Below are positions 1 to 12,702 of a stretch of 64,000 bases of DNA, piece after piece (position 1 is the first letter of the stretch; each line of letters starts with the position of its first letter). The translations under genes were made by a program, and so were the position numbers. The DNA comes from Xylographa opegraphella. Taxonomy: Eukaryota. Location: assembly GCA_022813865.1 (NCBI GenBank), contig JALDZX010000019.1, positions 186,001 through 250,000 on the forward strand, in the 5' to 3' direction. The notes under the pieces were generated by a model. That model was not told where the DNA came from. It searched no databases and worked only from the letters and a program-made list of their open reading frames with translations.

Positions 1-2577
1 AAGAGTTTTACCCCAGTTGCAGCAGTAATTCTCATTTGTTGTACTGCTTCCTCACCACCATCCAGCTCGGCTTTACTTATAGCGTTAAGCTGCAGTTTCT
101 GAGATTTCGGCACAGCTGCTTGCAGACCGACGCTTGAGAATCTATCGAAGTTGCTGTCATTCCGAAATCTTGCGAGGACTTGTGCTACTCCAGCATTCCT
201 CTGCACCTGGAGCGTGAGGCTAATATTATTTTTGTTATAAGCTTGATGAGTAGGTGGAGCACTTGCTGTGGGCTGAGATATTTCTCCTAGGAGATCGTTG
301 AGGCCTGAAGAGCTTTGTGGTGGAGGCGCAGCGTAGCCATTGGGTGTTGAGGAATCCTGGGAGCCAAACAATCCCAGGATATCTTGAGCATTGGATCTGT
401 TTGATGATGTAGGCAGCGGCGATGAACCTCCGCCGCCTAGTATGTCTGCTAGCAGATTTGCATTGTTCTGCGAGCCATTAGTGCTGGGAGTGAAATCGGT
501 AGTACCTCCCATAAGATCGAGGAGATCGTCATGTTTGGTCTGCTTGATTGACTGCTTCGCCTTCGCAGCAGCCTTCTTTTGCCTTGCGGAAGCTTCACCA
601 AAAACACGCTGCTCGTCGTGGATCTCAGGTGGTGGCATTCGTTCCAAGACACCCCGCCGTATTTGATCATAACCAAACAGATTCGTGTATTCAACCGCTC
701 TTTGCTGAATTTCTACACTGAGATCAGCTGCTCTACTGGAGAGCAGCCTTCGTAAACGGTCTATCTGAGCAGGTTGTTGGAGGCGCGTGGTGAGTTTCAT
801 GACTGAGGTGACCAGGTATTCGGTAACCACAGGTGAAGAGTAGCCGCTGCTGAGTATCGTGGTAAAGAGGTCCACTATTTCACTCTCCTCTACCTTTTGA
901 ACCAACTCGGCTTCTTCATATCCTCCACCTCGTACAAGAGCATCGCCATATTCGCCGATCACCCAGGCAGCTGCTAGTGTAAGACCCTCCTGCGTGATAT
1001 CCTCCTTCAAACTGGCGTACAGTTTCTGTACACAATATGTCTGCTGGTCGGGACTCGTGGCGATTAGGCGAACGAATGATGATAATATCTGTTCTTTGAC
1101 ATAGTTTCCGGCAAGCTTCAGCATGCGAAGCATGGTGTCGACGTGCCATCGTTTGTTGGGTGCATATCGATCCGCAGCTACACCAATTTGACTGGTCATG
1201 ATTGGCTTGAATTCGTTATCTGCTACTTCTAAGAATGCAAGCAACTCTCGTATCAGCAGGCTGACATTTCCGGCGTTGATCAACGTGAAGCTCAGATCAA
1301 GTGCTCGTCTTCGTATACTAATATCAGGATCTCTAAGACAGTCCAGGATCGTGTTCCGATGACGTTGAACAGCGTTTGGCTCGACTGCGACAACCTTGAT
1401 GAGAGTATTGAGAGCGACGTATCGTATGTTATTGTCTTTGTTGGCGAGGAATTTGCCCAGAATATTCACACCCAGAACTCGGAGACCCGAGTCTGCCTCA
1501 ATCTCTAAAATTGTAAGCACAGCTTCGTATAATATCGAGTTCCCAACGTTTTTAGATGAGTCGGTATTGGTAGCCACTTGAGCTAGTATATCGTTGATCT
1601 GTTCGCTAGTGGCCGCGTCTCCCTTGCCCAAAACCCGAAGCAGCCTCAAGATTCTGACTTGTACAAACGGATCCGTGATTCCAGTAACATCATGCTCTGG
1701 CGCATATCCCGAGCTTGCCAATGCTTTCAATGTCTTCACAAGAGGCCCCACAAGAGGCCTGAATATTTCCACAGCCCCTTCCTCTCCACCTTCTGCTTCA
1801 TCGGCCTCACACATGCTTGTCACGAGTGTCAGTCCACAGAGCAAGACGCCGTGGTTCCTATCATTGAGTAATAGCTTGGCATTGTCCACAAAATGCTCCT
1901 GCAGATCTGGAACTTTGCGGCATATTCTCATGGCGCACAGAGCAGCTTTCCGCCTGATATAGGGGTTTGATGTTGTGATGAGCTTTTCGATCTCTGGGAA
2001 CAGATCACGAGCCATCTCTACAGAAGCAATATTTCCAAGGGTGCACAGAGCTAGACCGACGACGTATTGATTGGAATGATTGAGGTCGCTGGCTGAGAAT
2101 TAGTTATAACTGAACTATCGGGATGCGCTCGATGTCTTACTTCTTTAACGAATTCGTAACCAGGGTCAATACTTCCTGATTCTCGTCTAGTAGCAGCATT
2201 GTTCCTAGATACCCAAGTCTTTTGTCCGCAAAACGCGGGGAAGCCAGAAGCTTCAGACATTCTATTTGTCCGAAGTGTGTCCGTTCACCTAGTGTAAATA
2301 GATATAGAAGTTTGGCAACATTATTCCTCCTATCATACTTATCAGCGCTTCTCCCCCGAATGTATGTAAAAGCACCCCACACACCTGACGTTTGAATCCC
2401 CACTTTCCTCACGAAAGCTCGCACGTATGGCCGCACTCTCCTTCTGCACAACTGCTCGCTCATCTGCGATTGTCTTGGAAGCGCGGACATTGCGTATGAA
2501 CTGTTTCACTATATTCGCACCCGAGTTCAGTTGTGCTCTAATTCATGAGGTTTCTGGCAAGACCAACAGGAACTCAT
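1..2577 (-). CDS. APL4: AP-1 adaptor complex subunit gamma (gamma-adaptin), multi-exon, 3' end runs off the window
   Basis: Spliced N-terminus reads [35 protein letters not shown]. Later exons read [61 protein letters not shown], which is typical gamma-adaptin. ATG at 2577. Confidence 0.95.
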
Positions 2578-3069
2578 GGTGTTTTTGTGTGGGAGGCCCT
2601 CGTCCCTTAGTGCGTTAAGGGCTTAATCAAGATCCGAGGATGATCTGATGGTCCATTAACTGTGGTACTCCATCAGAATTGCCGTTATATTATGCTTCTG
2701 GAGCATTCATGCCATGCGAGTAAGCTTCTAATGGGGATCGGGATATGGATAGTGGCCCGAGTGGCCTAGTTGTCAGCCCTGTTGCGGTACCTTTCCGTAG
2801 CGCGCTCACGCATCGGATGTTAAATGCCCGTTTTGCTTCCAAGAGCGTGACGTCGGCGACACGTTTCCCCAGGCGGCAGTTGTGAGGACCGCTGAGGTGA
2901 GATATTTCTCAAGGTATGTTTTCACCTGATCCTTTGCGTCCTTGGTCTATCTACTTATGGATGTAGCGGACTTGAAGATCATTACTACTACACTTTACCC
3001 TTTAGATACGCCCTTAATAGATGGTATTGAGGCCAGTCGTCGCCATCGCGACTGGATCTAGCTTGCACC

Positions 3070-4929
3070 ATGGCTTCAACAGCTGCCTCTCACGACCAGG
3101 ACAACCACGACCACATCCTTCGACCGAGGGCTGTTAAACCTGGGAACCCCATGGTACTTCGCGCCATGAGTGAGGAGCGGACATTGAAGCCGAACGGCTC
3201 TGTGAACATGCACCACTCTGGATTATCTAGGTCTTGATCTCGTCGTTACAGGCTCTATACCATACGACGTTGCTGATACTTTTGCAGCGGACGGTCAACG
3301 CCCCTCCCGGCCGATGCTCCGCCTTCACTTCAGTCGATATCTTCAGCGCGGAAGCAGATAAGGGCACAGCAGAAACACCGGATGTTCCCTACCGTCGACT
3401 ACTTTGCCCGCGTCTCCCATTTTGATCCGAAGAGCGAATATAGAGATTTTAAAGGGTTCTTTGTACTCTTCTGGATTGGATTAGCTATCATGGTTATGAC
3501 AACCATGCTACGAAATATAAAAGATACGGGCCTGCCATTGAGGGTACGGCCATGGCAATTGTTGACAGCGAATACCTGGCAGTTAGCCTTGAGTGACGGA
3601 GCCATGGTTCTTAGTACTGGTTTAAGCATCCCATTACAAAAATTCTTTCGTCAAAGTAATGGGATATTTCGCTGGTCGAGACTTGGAATGCCTACCCACA
3701 GCATATACCAAGTCGCATGGCTTGCGCTATGGGTAAATTGGCCATTCATGCTGAACTGGAAGTGGACCGCTCAAGTCTTCTTTACGCTCCATACACTAGT
3801 GATATTAATGAAGATGCACTCGTATGCCTTCTATAATGGACATCTTAGCACAACCGAGCGCCGCTTATCCGCGCTGGACAACCCGGAGACAGCCTCAACT
3901 GCGGCTGCTGTACGGTACCCGAGCTCCAGCACTAATATTAACGAGATCACTCAGGCATCGGAGGAGAAGAAAGATGCAGACGCTAAAGAGGCTCTGACAC
4001 AATTACGGGAGGACCTAGCATTTGAATTGACTTCACCCCTAGGACAAGTTACTTACCCGCAGAATCTGACTGTATGGAATTATGTCGATTATATTCTATG
4101 TCCCACGCTTTGCTACGAGCTCGAGTATCCGAGAACAGAGAAGACGCAATGGGCCGAGTTGTTTTATAAGACACTGGCTGTCTTTGGATGCATCTTCCTC
4201 CTCACCGTTACAAGTGAAGAATTTATCGTACCAGTCTTGAATGAATCAGCCCTTCGCTTGGAAGGCTTGACAAAGTGGACAGATATGGGCCTTGTGCTTG
4301 CAGAGACAATCAGTATGCTGTTGTTTCCATTCATGGTTATATTCCTGCTCGTATTTCTCGTCATCTTTGAATACGTGCTGGGCGCATTTGCAGAGATTAC
4401 GTGTTTTGCGGATCGCCATTTCTACTCTGATTGGTGGAACTCGTGCGACTGGTAAGTAATTAGTTGGCTGCTATAAGGCGGAAGTGCTAACATTATCGAC
4501 CAGGCTCGAGTTCTCACGCGAATGGAATATCCCTGTCCATCACTTCTTACGTCGACATGTTTATGGTGCTTCGAGGCCATACATCTCGAAGAACATGTCT
4601 ACCACGTTAACATTTCTCATCAGCGCTCTGCTACACGAGCTGGTCATGGGGTGCATCACCAAGAAGCTGCGTGGGTACGGCTTTGTTGCGATGATGCTGC
4701 AAATGCCGATCGTTGCTATACAAAGGACAAGTCTTGTCAGGGGGAGGACTTTATTCAATGTGAGCTGAGTGATGCGCTTCATCCAACACGTTACTGACAT
4801 TGTTTTAGAATGTCTGTTTTTGGATATCAATGATTCTCGGGTTGTCAATAGTGAGTCTAATTTGGCACATACTTGTTCCTGTTTTTCTGACCGGAGTGCT
4901 AGATGTGTGCTCTCTACGTTCTCGTGTAA
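3070..4929 (+). CDS. ARE2: Sterol O-acyltransferase (ACAT/ARE-type MBOAT family), multi-exon
   Basis: Motifs MKMHSYAFYN, PTLCYELEYP, FADRHFYSDWWNS, WNIPVHHFLRRHVY and catalytic SALLHEL. Several transmembrane segments. ATG 3070, TAA 4927-4929. Confidence 0.9.
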
Positions 4930-5348
4930 GATCCAAAGCCATCTCAGCTCAGCATGGAGGGAAAGGTCGTTGCATATTGGAGGAGTACTTGCATTGTCTG
5001 CGCAAAAACCATTCTTTATATTGACAAGCTAGCCTTTGGCTGGCATCGAATCATTCATATGAAATTCTGCGTTAAAGTGCACAAAACCTCTCAATTGGTT
5101 TGCAGTCCACGATGAGGTAAGTGGAGTGCTTAAAACATGACTCAAACCGAGGCCTTCCGACTAAAAACATAGCATCTCCAGGACATGCTCGGTCAACGCT
5201 GCCCTTGTAATTATCCACCATAAGTCATTGATCCTCAATGCTCTATAAAAACACTCCAGACTCCAATGCCATCGCTGCACTGGACCTTATCATTTGTTCT
5301 TCATCCTTGTTCCGTCTTATATTCCTACCCGTAATCCAACTCCCCATC

Positions 5349-6644
5349 TCATGTCCGGACCACCGCATCCAAACTGCTCAACATTGCTTGCGTTTCCTTT
5401 ACCAGCGCTTTTCTCCGCGCCCTAGCCTCATCATCGCCCTCCGTCTGCACTTCGTCCAGTTTCAGGATAATCTGCGCCAGGATCGATTCGCTCAGCTTCT
5501 TGTACTCCATGTCCCTGACCTTGGCGTCGTGGGGCGGGTTGCTGGTGAATTGAATACACTGCGGCACGAACTTCGTATGGAACGTCGATGATAGCTCGTT
5601 GAGCTTGTCCATTGCCGATTTAGGACGCGGCTGCTGCGGTTGCTGCTGATGCTGCTGATGCTGAGTTTTGGGCGATCCTTGGGCCTGGCTGGGTGCACTG
5701 CCAGGCATTGGTGAATTGCGGCCTTTGGTGGTGGTGCCGCTGCCTCCGTAGCCGCTGCTCTCATCGCGAGGGTCGCGCCGCTTCTTCTTGCCAGCGCGGT
5801 GACCTTTGCGGGCTCGCTTGGGACCACCGGCGATCGTCCCATCGACGTCGACGTGTACACCGCCATTTATCTCCTTCCCCAACATCTCGCCTTCACTCGC
5901 GCTCTCGCTGCTGTCCTCGTCCGCTCGTCCGTTTATGGGGCTCTCGCTCACGACACACATCAATTCGCTGTTCTGCTTAAGCCCTTCCTCGCGGCATGGC
6001 ACCGCGTCATCCTTAAGTACCTTGCCCTTGTACAGCAGCTTGATTCGCCGCGGGTCCATTCCGGGGTCAATCTTCTTGGCAGCCGTTCTCCGCAGCTCCC
6101 CTACCCGCAGTATTCCCTCTCCGATCTCGAACGCCGGGAAGTGAAGAGGGTAGGTGGTACCTCTGTGCTTGAGAATCAGGATGTCTGGCGCAAGAGGATT
6201 GGCGGCGTCGGCGCGTGAGGCGATGGGGCCCCGCGAGGAGGGGAAGTAGGAGCTTGTGCTGTTGGGAATGTAGGTTGGCCTTGGCGGGTCGACGATATCC
6301 TCGGGTCCGAGGTAGTGGTAGTCATCTTCAGAGACGATGGGCGGGACACGGGAGGGAGAGGCAGTGAAAGGAGAGTAGCGGCCCATGTAGGAGCGCCACA
6401 TGGACATGGTGAAAAGGAGGATGAGGATGGGAGCAAGCGTTGCGATGAGAATGGTAGGAGTGACAGAGGAAGGGAGATGGGAGGAAAGCGCGAGTAGTAG
6501 AGTTGGGAGCGAGGATGCAACGGGTGCCGGTGTTGGTGAAGCGAACGGTATGAGAGATTGTAATTGTGACGGCAGTAGCGGATATAAGGAATCTAGGTAC
6601 GACTGGGCCACATTAGTGAGCTTTGAAACTGTAGAGGAAGCCAC
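5349..6644 (-). CDS. BAG-family Hsp70 co-chaperone (ubiquitin-like domain + C-terminal BAG domain). First ATG at 6407, with a possible GUG-initiated extension from 6644
   Basis: UBL-like segment RRIKLLYKGKVLKDD..LKQNSELMCVV. BAG helix bundle EYKKLSESILAQIILKLDEVQTEGDDEARARRKALVKETQAMLSSLD. Confidence 0.88.
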   Translation of the reverse strand: MASSTVSKLTNVAQSYLDSLYPLLPSQLQSLIPFASPTPAPVASSLPTLLLALSSHLPSSVTPTILIATLAPILILLFTMSMWRSYMGRYSPFTASPSRVPPIVSEDDYHYLGPEDIVDPPRPTYIPNSTSSYFPSSRGPIASRADAANPLAPDILILKHRGTTYPLHFPAFEIGEGILRVGELRRTAAKKIDPGMDPRRIKLLYKGKVLKDDAVPCREEGLKQNSELMCVVSESPINGRADEDSSESASEGEMLGKEINGGVHVDVDGTIAGGPKRARKGHRAGKKKRRDPRDESSGYGGSGTTTKGRNSPMPGSAPSQAQGSPKTQHQQHQQQPQQPRPKSAMDKLNELSSTFHTKFVPQCIQFTSNPPHDAKVRDMEYKKLSESILAQIILKLDEVQTEGDDEARARRKALVKETQAMLSSLDAVVRT

Positions 6645-7071
6645 GGTGGCGGGTGGGAAGAAATCGTCTTGCTGAGTAAATCGGACGACAGATTTGGTGG
6701 GGAGAAGTGGAACGAAGAAATTCGAGATTCGAATCGGCTGACAAGCGCGCTTCTAATTTCAGGCTAATGCCGCTTGATTCGCGTCACGCCGTAATGGCTA
6801 CCTTTGACACTCGAAATAATACATACCGGAGTGTATACTTGTGTACTTTTGTAGATCTATGACTGAAACTTAACATATTAATGTGCTATGTACTAACTGC
6901 ATGTCAGATACAATGCCACATTCGATCACATGGGACAATGTTAAGGTACCCCAATTGCATATCTGCGCTCACTAGGATGTAATGCTAAACGCTGTTCACT
7001 TGGGTCGGATTGCTTAATGCAACGACGGTACAAATCATGCTGAAATTGTTCAGTGCTCAAAACCTACGCAA

Positions 7072-10056
7072 TCAAATGAGAAATGACTTGCTCCCCTCGA
7101 CCAAACCATCACTGAGTTTGGATACGCCAATCCACACAGGTGCAAATCGTCTCAGCTCCTCCAAAGCCGGAATGGTAGTCCTCTTGTTCTCGTCATTCCA
7201 TAAGCATATGACCTTACCGTCGAGTCCTCCTCCGTCGTTCTCATCGCTACTTGCCCACTTCACATGTACATCCCAAGGCTTCTCCCAAGTCCGGCTCCAA
7301 AGTCTAATTTCGTTGCTTCCGTCGTCTCCCACCCGTCTGAATGGACCTTCATCACCTGCTCCTTCTACTCTTATATCAGATATTGGTCTGTTGAACTGTA
7401 TTTTGCAATTGCGTGTATTGGTTCCCTTGACATGGATATGGGCTTCGTTGCCGATTCGAGTAATATTGTACGTCAGCCAATCCGCATATCCATACATTGG
7501 GGGAACTTCGGGATGAGTAGCGGCGACCACTCTTGGTGGAATGCCGTTCCAGCTGCACTCGGTGAGTCCTGTATACCTTTCACTTTGCACACAGCTTGGA
7601 GTCTGAGCTGCAGCACTTGGCAGAGTATGGATGACCTCATAAATGAGTGGTCTTCCAATGCCGGTAAGTGAAGCTCGATTAATACCAGTATCAAGGTCGA
7701 CCCTTTGGATAAAATAGAGTTTATGTCGATTGTTTGCCGAAAATGGGAAAGCGAGAAGATTATAGATTAAAGTCCCAGCAAAGATGCACATTAGGAACAT
7801 TGGAACATGAAACGTATAGCGGTGTAGATATGGTCCGAGTGGCGCGAGTAGTAGTACTGAGACGATGGACATCACCATGTAGACGGTCAAAGATGAACTA
7901 CCATCGGATAAGGTCTGATACGTGGCTGACATGAAGAGGAGGCCAATCTGACCAACAAAGACGACCGCGATAGGTGCAAATAGTAGGAACTGAAGCAGCC
8001 ATGTCCATGCGGGTAAAGACCAGCTCCAAGGCTGTTCATACCCATACACCCTGCTTTTCTTTGGTTCGCTCAAAACTTGTTCCGCTTCTGGAGGCTTTCC
8101 GATGTGGGAGCGCGAAGTATAGTTTGCGAAAGTTGAACCTACTCTTCCCCGTAATAGAGATGTAGTCTCGCCAGGCTCGTCTTCTTCTTCGTTATCCTCA
8201 GCATCCACCCCCTGTGTCTGTTCGTCTCTGCCAGGTGTAAGCAATCGTGCACTCGATACACTCCCTGATCGTGGACTCCTGGGCCCTTCCTGACCATCAA
8301 GATTCCTCTCGTATTCATCAGCATATTGCGACTTTTTGGACAAACCAAACAACTCCAGGAAGGCTATAACAGTTGCCAGGAACAAGGCGGCAAAATAAAA
8401 GACCATGAAGTATCCTGCGGCTATGTGAAATCTTTCTTCCGACACGGTGACAAGCACAAGAAGTATCCAGGAACCTGCAAACATCCAGAGTAGAGAATAC
8501 GCTCGATGCAGCGCCGTGGGTCGCACGAAGTCTGAAGCTCGAGAAAGAAACCATGCTATGAATAGCCACGCAGACAGCATCATACTCCACACAGCATATG
8601 GACTCGAAGACACGATGAAGGGATTGATCCTGTTGAGCAGAAATGCGAGACCAACAACCCCAGCGGAAGCGGCAGCGAAGATAATAGGATAACGGAAGAA
8701 TCCCCGCCACCCTTGTAGGCCGACCACGTCGTCGCCTTCTGCGTGATGGTGATGTTTGAACGAGCTGAATAAATACAGCTTGTCAACTTTGAATAGTACC
8801 GCACTTATGACGATAAGTGCAACTGGGCCAACCACAAGAAGAGTGACGGATAGAGCGAACAGGGTATGCAATTCAAAAACAGCAAACGCAAGACCAAATA
8901 GATCGAACCAGACGGCGTCAGATCCTGAGCCATTCGAAACTTTTCCTTTTGCAGGATCCCCACCTCTGAACGTTGAGCTTGTGTCTGACGTAAGTCCTTG
9001 TATTGTTGACAGCGCAGCTGACAGCATATGCCAAAGAGAATCGATGCTTGTTCGTCTTGTGTCGTCTTGATCAGTATGATAGCGGCTTCGAGGTTCCATG
9101 AACGCAATATCCAATCCTCGTAACCCTAGAATACCATTGAATATTATGTAGTCGGTCTGACTTCGTACAAACCCGCTCTTAAACCCATCGCCGCTGACGA
9201 CTGTCCCGAAAGGGTGTTTACTTCCTTTATAGAACTTAGTCACTTCTGTATCTGTGCTTCTGAATAGTGTGGCACGTCCACCAGCACCAGCTCCCTCGAG
9301 ATTGAGGAATGTTCGAAGAAACTGAGACCGGGCTATTGGATGCGCACAGAATGCATTTGCTCCATTTAGAAAGTCTTCTTCGCCATTATTGAGCAGTGCG
9401 ACCACTCCTATTTTGGGTTGATTACCAGATGTCGTGAAAAACTTGATAAGCTGGAGAATCGTCACAACGCCGATACCATCATCTGTCGCTCCGTACCCTG
9501 TAGAGACACTATCATAGTGAGCATTGACTAGGACCCCTCCAGGACCATTTGGTTTCGATTGAGATGTCCACCAATGTCCGGTATCGTCCTCCTTGCCTCG
9601 AACATAGACCATGATGTTGGTCCCCTCAAAGTACACTGATAATTTGCCAGACTCAAAAGTCACATTCGAGGTCATGTCGTTGAATATAACAGCACGCTCT
9701 GAATATTGTACAGATGACCGTCTCTCGTGACTGACCACACCATAATCGTTGAGACTTGTGGTAGCATTCGAAGCTTTGTTTTCCGTCAGTATTGTTTCTA
9801 TTCTTCTCAATAGCCAATCCCGAACGAAGTCGTTTCGGTGGCTGTTGTACGGGTGGAATCCATTTGTGAGAACTTGAAGGTCGGCCCACGCTTCTGAGAT
9901 GTTGATCCCCTTGACGGGAGTAGCATTCTCAGGGGCTGATGGGACAACCGAGTGTATCACAAGTAAAGTGATCAAGAGCCCAGCATAGATAATCGAAATG
10001 ATTATGGTGACAGGTAAGGGGGTGAAGCCGATTGGGTTGTGCAGCAACCACTTCAT
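7072..10056 (-). CDS. PFF1: Vacuolar membrane protease, M28 metallopeptidase family (PFF1/ERMP1-like), single exon, 994 aa
   Basis: M28 motifs VLVNAHYDSV, GATDDGIG, NNGEEDFLNGA, FLNLEGAGAGG and YHTDQD, followed by a multi-TM region. Confidence 0.92.
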   Translation of the reverse strand: MKWLLHNPIGFTPLPVTIIISIIYAGLLITLLVIHSVVPSAPENATPVKGINISEAWADLQVLTNGFHPYNSHRNDFVRDWLLRRIETILTENKASNATTSLNDYGVVSHERRSSVQYSERAVIFNDMTSNVTFESGKLSVYFEGTNIMVYVRGKEDDTGHWWTSQSKPNGPGGVLVNAHYDSVSTGYGATDDGIGVVTILQLIKFFTTSGNQPKIGVVALLNNGEEDFLNGANAFCAHPIARSQFLRTFLNLEGAGAGGRATLFRSTDTEVTKFYKGSKHPFGTVVSGDGFKSGFVRSQTDYIIFNGILGLRGLDIAFMEPRSRYHTDQDDTRRTSIDSLWHMLSAALSTIQGLTSDTSSTFRGGDPAKGKVSNGSGSDAVWFDLFGLAFAVFELHTLFALSVTLLVVGPVALIVISAVLFKVDKLYLFSSFKHHHHAEGDDVVGLQGWRGFFRYPIIFAAASAGVVGLAFLLNRINPFIVSSSPYAVWSMMLSAWLFIAWFLSRASDFVRPTALHRAYSLLWMFAGSWILLVLVTVSEERFHIAAGYFMVFYFAALFLATVIAFLELFGLSKKSQYADEYERNLDGQEGPRSPRSGSVSSARLLTPGRDEQTQGVDAEDNEEEDEPGETTSLLRGRVGSTFANYTSRSHIGKPPEAEQVLSEPKKSRVYGYEQPWSWSLPAWTWLLQFLLFAPIAVVFVGQIGLLFMSATYQTLSDGSSSLTVYMVMSIVSVLLLAPLGPYLHRYTFHVPMFLMCIFAGTLIYNLLAFPFSANNRHKLYFIQRVDLDTGINRASLTGIGRPLIYEVIHTLPSAAAQTPSCVQSERYTGLTECSWNGIPPRVVAATHPEVPPMYGYADWLTYNITRIGNEAHIHVKGTNTRNCKIQFNRPISDIRVEGAGDEGPFRRVGDDGSNEIRLWSRTWEKPWDVHVKWASSDENDGGGLDGKVICLWNDENKRTTIPALEELRRFAPVWIGVSKLSDGLVEGSKSFLI

Positions 10057-10499
10057 ATTGCTCAGAGCGAATCGGATCAGCTCCGAGGGATTGATTTGTC
10101 AATCCCCAGGACCTAGCTTATTGGCGTTTCATTCGTAACCAGATTTTTGATGAGAGAGAGAATACGGTAGCACGATCTGGAATGTCCTCGACAAGCAGTT
10201 GGGCTCTGGGACTACGTTGATGACGGTCAACAAGTGCTTGTCAACGTGACTTTGCGGGACCAAACTTTGCGGGGCTCAAACTTGTGATTCTGCCGAATCC
10301 GGGTGGAAATTCGGGCCGACAAGAGCCGAGGGCGGTGAGAGGATGACCTTCGCTAGCAATACTACTCACATACCACAGTACAGAACAAGATAGGTAACTT
10401 TTGGTGAACCAAATACCAGAGGGTTACTTTTATCTAGCTAGTGTTACTCATTCTAGAACATAATCATAACCATATTCGACTCCTGTTTTGACAGAGGTT

Positions 10500-11960
10500 T
10501 CAAATTATCATGCGAGACCTCCTTGAAGGCTCGATGTCCCGGCCCCTGATGGTTTGCCGATGTTACATCTCGTATCCAAATTTTCCGACTACCTCAATTG
10601 GGTCATCAGCATCTTGATATTGGCCAATCTATACCAATACACCATCTGGAACCTTTACTGATAGCCACCAGATACTTTTGCAGCAACTGCCCTTCAGTAT
10701 CGATATCTAGTCACCGTTCCGGGATGAACTTATCTGAATCTAGAAAAACGTTCAGATCATTGTGCATGGGCACAGATGTCATCCATATGGGTCCCGACGG
10801 GTGTTAATTCTGGTGCAATTCACTCATGAAAGCCGATAGCACGATCCGGTGATCCTCGATGAAGGCGATGGGCAACGCCATAGCTCATTCTCGAATCTTC
10901 GTAGACGATGGTGTTCAGATGGGGAAGGTACTCCAGCGTGGTCAAGGTAAAGAGTGAGCAGGAACCCGTAGATGCTACTCGCAACTCTTCCATCAGCTTG
11001 CCAAGCACGAGTTAGTTGTCGAGTATTTCGTAAGTGGCATGAATGAACATATGAGCAGTAGCTAGTGTGCCAGCTGGCAGAAAGATTTGAGCTTCATTGC
11101 TAAGGCGCTCGACCGATTTCTTCGAAACAGGTGAATTTGAATCTAACATGGCCTCGAAAAGGATACACGGAGCTGCCAAGACAACACCTTTGTTGTCATG
11201 GTGTTATTATGCTAGAAGTGTAGTGACCTGGTCGGAATAGAGCATTCTATTTTGAAGCAACAAATATATTCCTGGGTTTGATAACCTTGTAAGCCAAAGA
11301 GGAAACGAGTGCGATACCGGAAAGATTTATCTAAATTGTTTAAAGACATAGACAGTAGCGCTGTAGCTATCATAGCGCCGTGATGCACCAGTGCAAAACC
11401 ACTCCTCTAGACGGCGGATGTTATCCTTAGAGAAGTACTGCGCGTGTACTCTCGACGCTTCCGTTGCAAGTCATGAGTAGTCTGAATGGAGTACTCGATT
11501 CCAAACATGCGAATCTACCATGGTAGATCAATTCATGCAATATCAAACCGGAATTTGTAATCTCATCGAACCAAACAACTTATCTGTCTTTCCCTTTGTG
11601 GGGCCAACATACAAATTGTCGTAAATGTCAAGATCGTTAATATGGAGTTCGTAAGGACTGACGCGAATAATAGGGCCTGACAGACATGATCAGACTCCAA
11701 CTTCAAGCAACAGAAATCATATCAAATACCATAATTCTCGTGTAGCCCTGCTATCTTTCAGATGTATCTGCCGTCCAGAACACTGTCATAGTAGAATTTA
11801 TACCAAAAACCTGCGGATGCTTAACGAAGACCGGGAAATCTAGAAATGGGACCTGGATACAAGCTGTATACAATTTGGAGTGCGAGGTACCAAGGAAACA
11901 ACTGCGGCAAGGATGAAGAGCTCTTATAAGTCTATGAATAATCGCTAATAACAACAGACA
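10500..11960 (-). pseudogene. Degenerate cytochrome P450 (resembles CYP58/trichodiene-oxygenase-like fungal P450s); ends approximate
   Basis: Minus-strand fragments in the correct order: GPIIRVSPYELHIND (~11635-11680), I-helix ERLSNEAQIFLPAGTLATAH (~11050-11110), LEYLPHLNTIVYEDSRMSYGVAHRL, KFIPER*L (TGG>TGA at 10711-10713) and heme loop YLVAISKGSRWCIG (~10632-10675). Stops and frameshifts lie between them. Confidence 0.85.
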
Positions 11961-12702
11961 TTTTGCATTTGTACTCTTATCTTCTGGCTACTCAGCATGA
12001 ATAGGCAAGATGGCAAATACGTATTCTTGCTGGATGGGTAGTCAACCCGGCAAGCCAGAACCCATATCGCAAGGGCTGATCAATCGATATTTCGGCGCAG
12101 CAGGCATCAACAGGCTAACACATAAAATAATGCGCAAGAAAACGAGCTGATAACAAGGATCGCACACCGCGTGGGTAGATGCGATACAGGAAGGCCACTT
12201 ACTCCTTGACAGTTTGTGGTCCGGCACTTTGACAAAGCTGGATATCATCGAGAGCCACTCAACTAGTTAACGAACAGTACATTTTCGAATCAAAGTATCC
12301 ATGAAACGTGTATCTGAGCGTTCTATGGAGGATTGTAGAACTCGGAACCAGACCACCAGTTTGAAACGCCAAGTTTGAATACCTCAAGGCTGGAAAACAA
12401 GCTTGCTAGTTGAGATTTCATAAGTAGGTAGCAATAGGTATGACCATGTCCCAGGCAGCAAGTTTTATCAGCTACCTAATCTTACGATTCTGATTCAAAC
12501 TCAGCTCTTTGGAGACATTCCGTAGTCTAGCGTCATATCTGAATTAGGACTAGTGTCTCGGCGACTAGCGCACACAAATCACCCGAGGCCTTGAATTATG
12601 ATCGCACTCATCAATTCTTGCGACAACGACAACAAGGTACCAGTTCAGGCGACTCGTACCTCAATCCAAGTGATCCTTATTGTGAAGCCATAGCAGTCCA
12701 GG

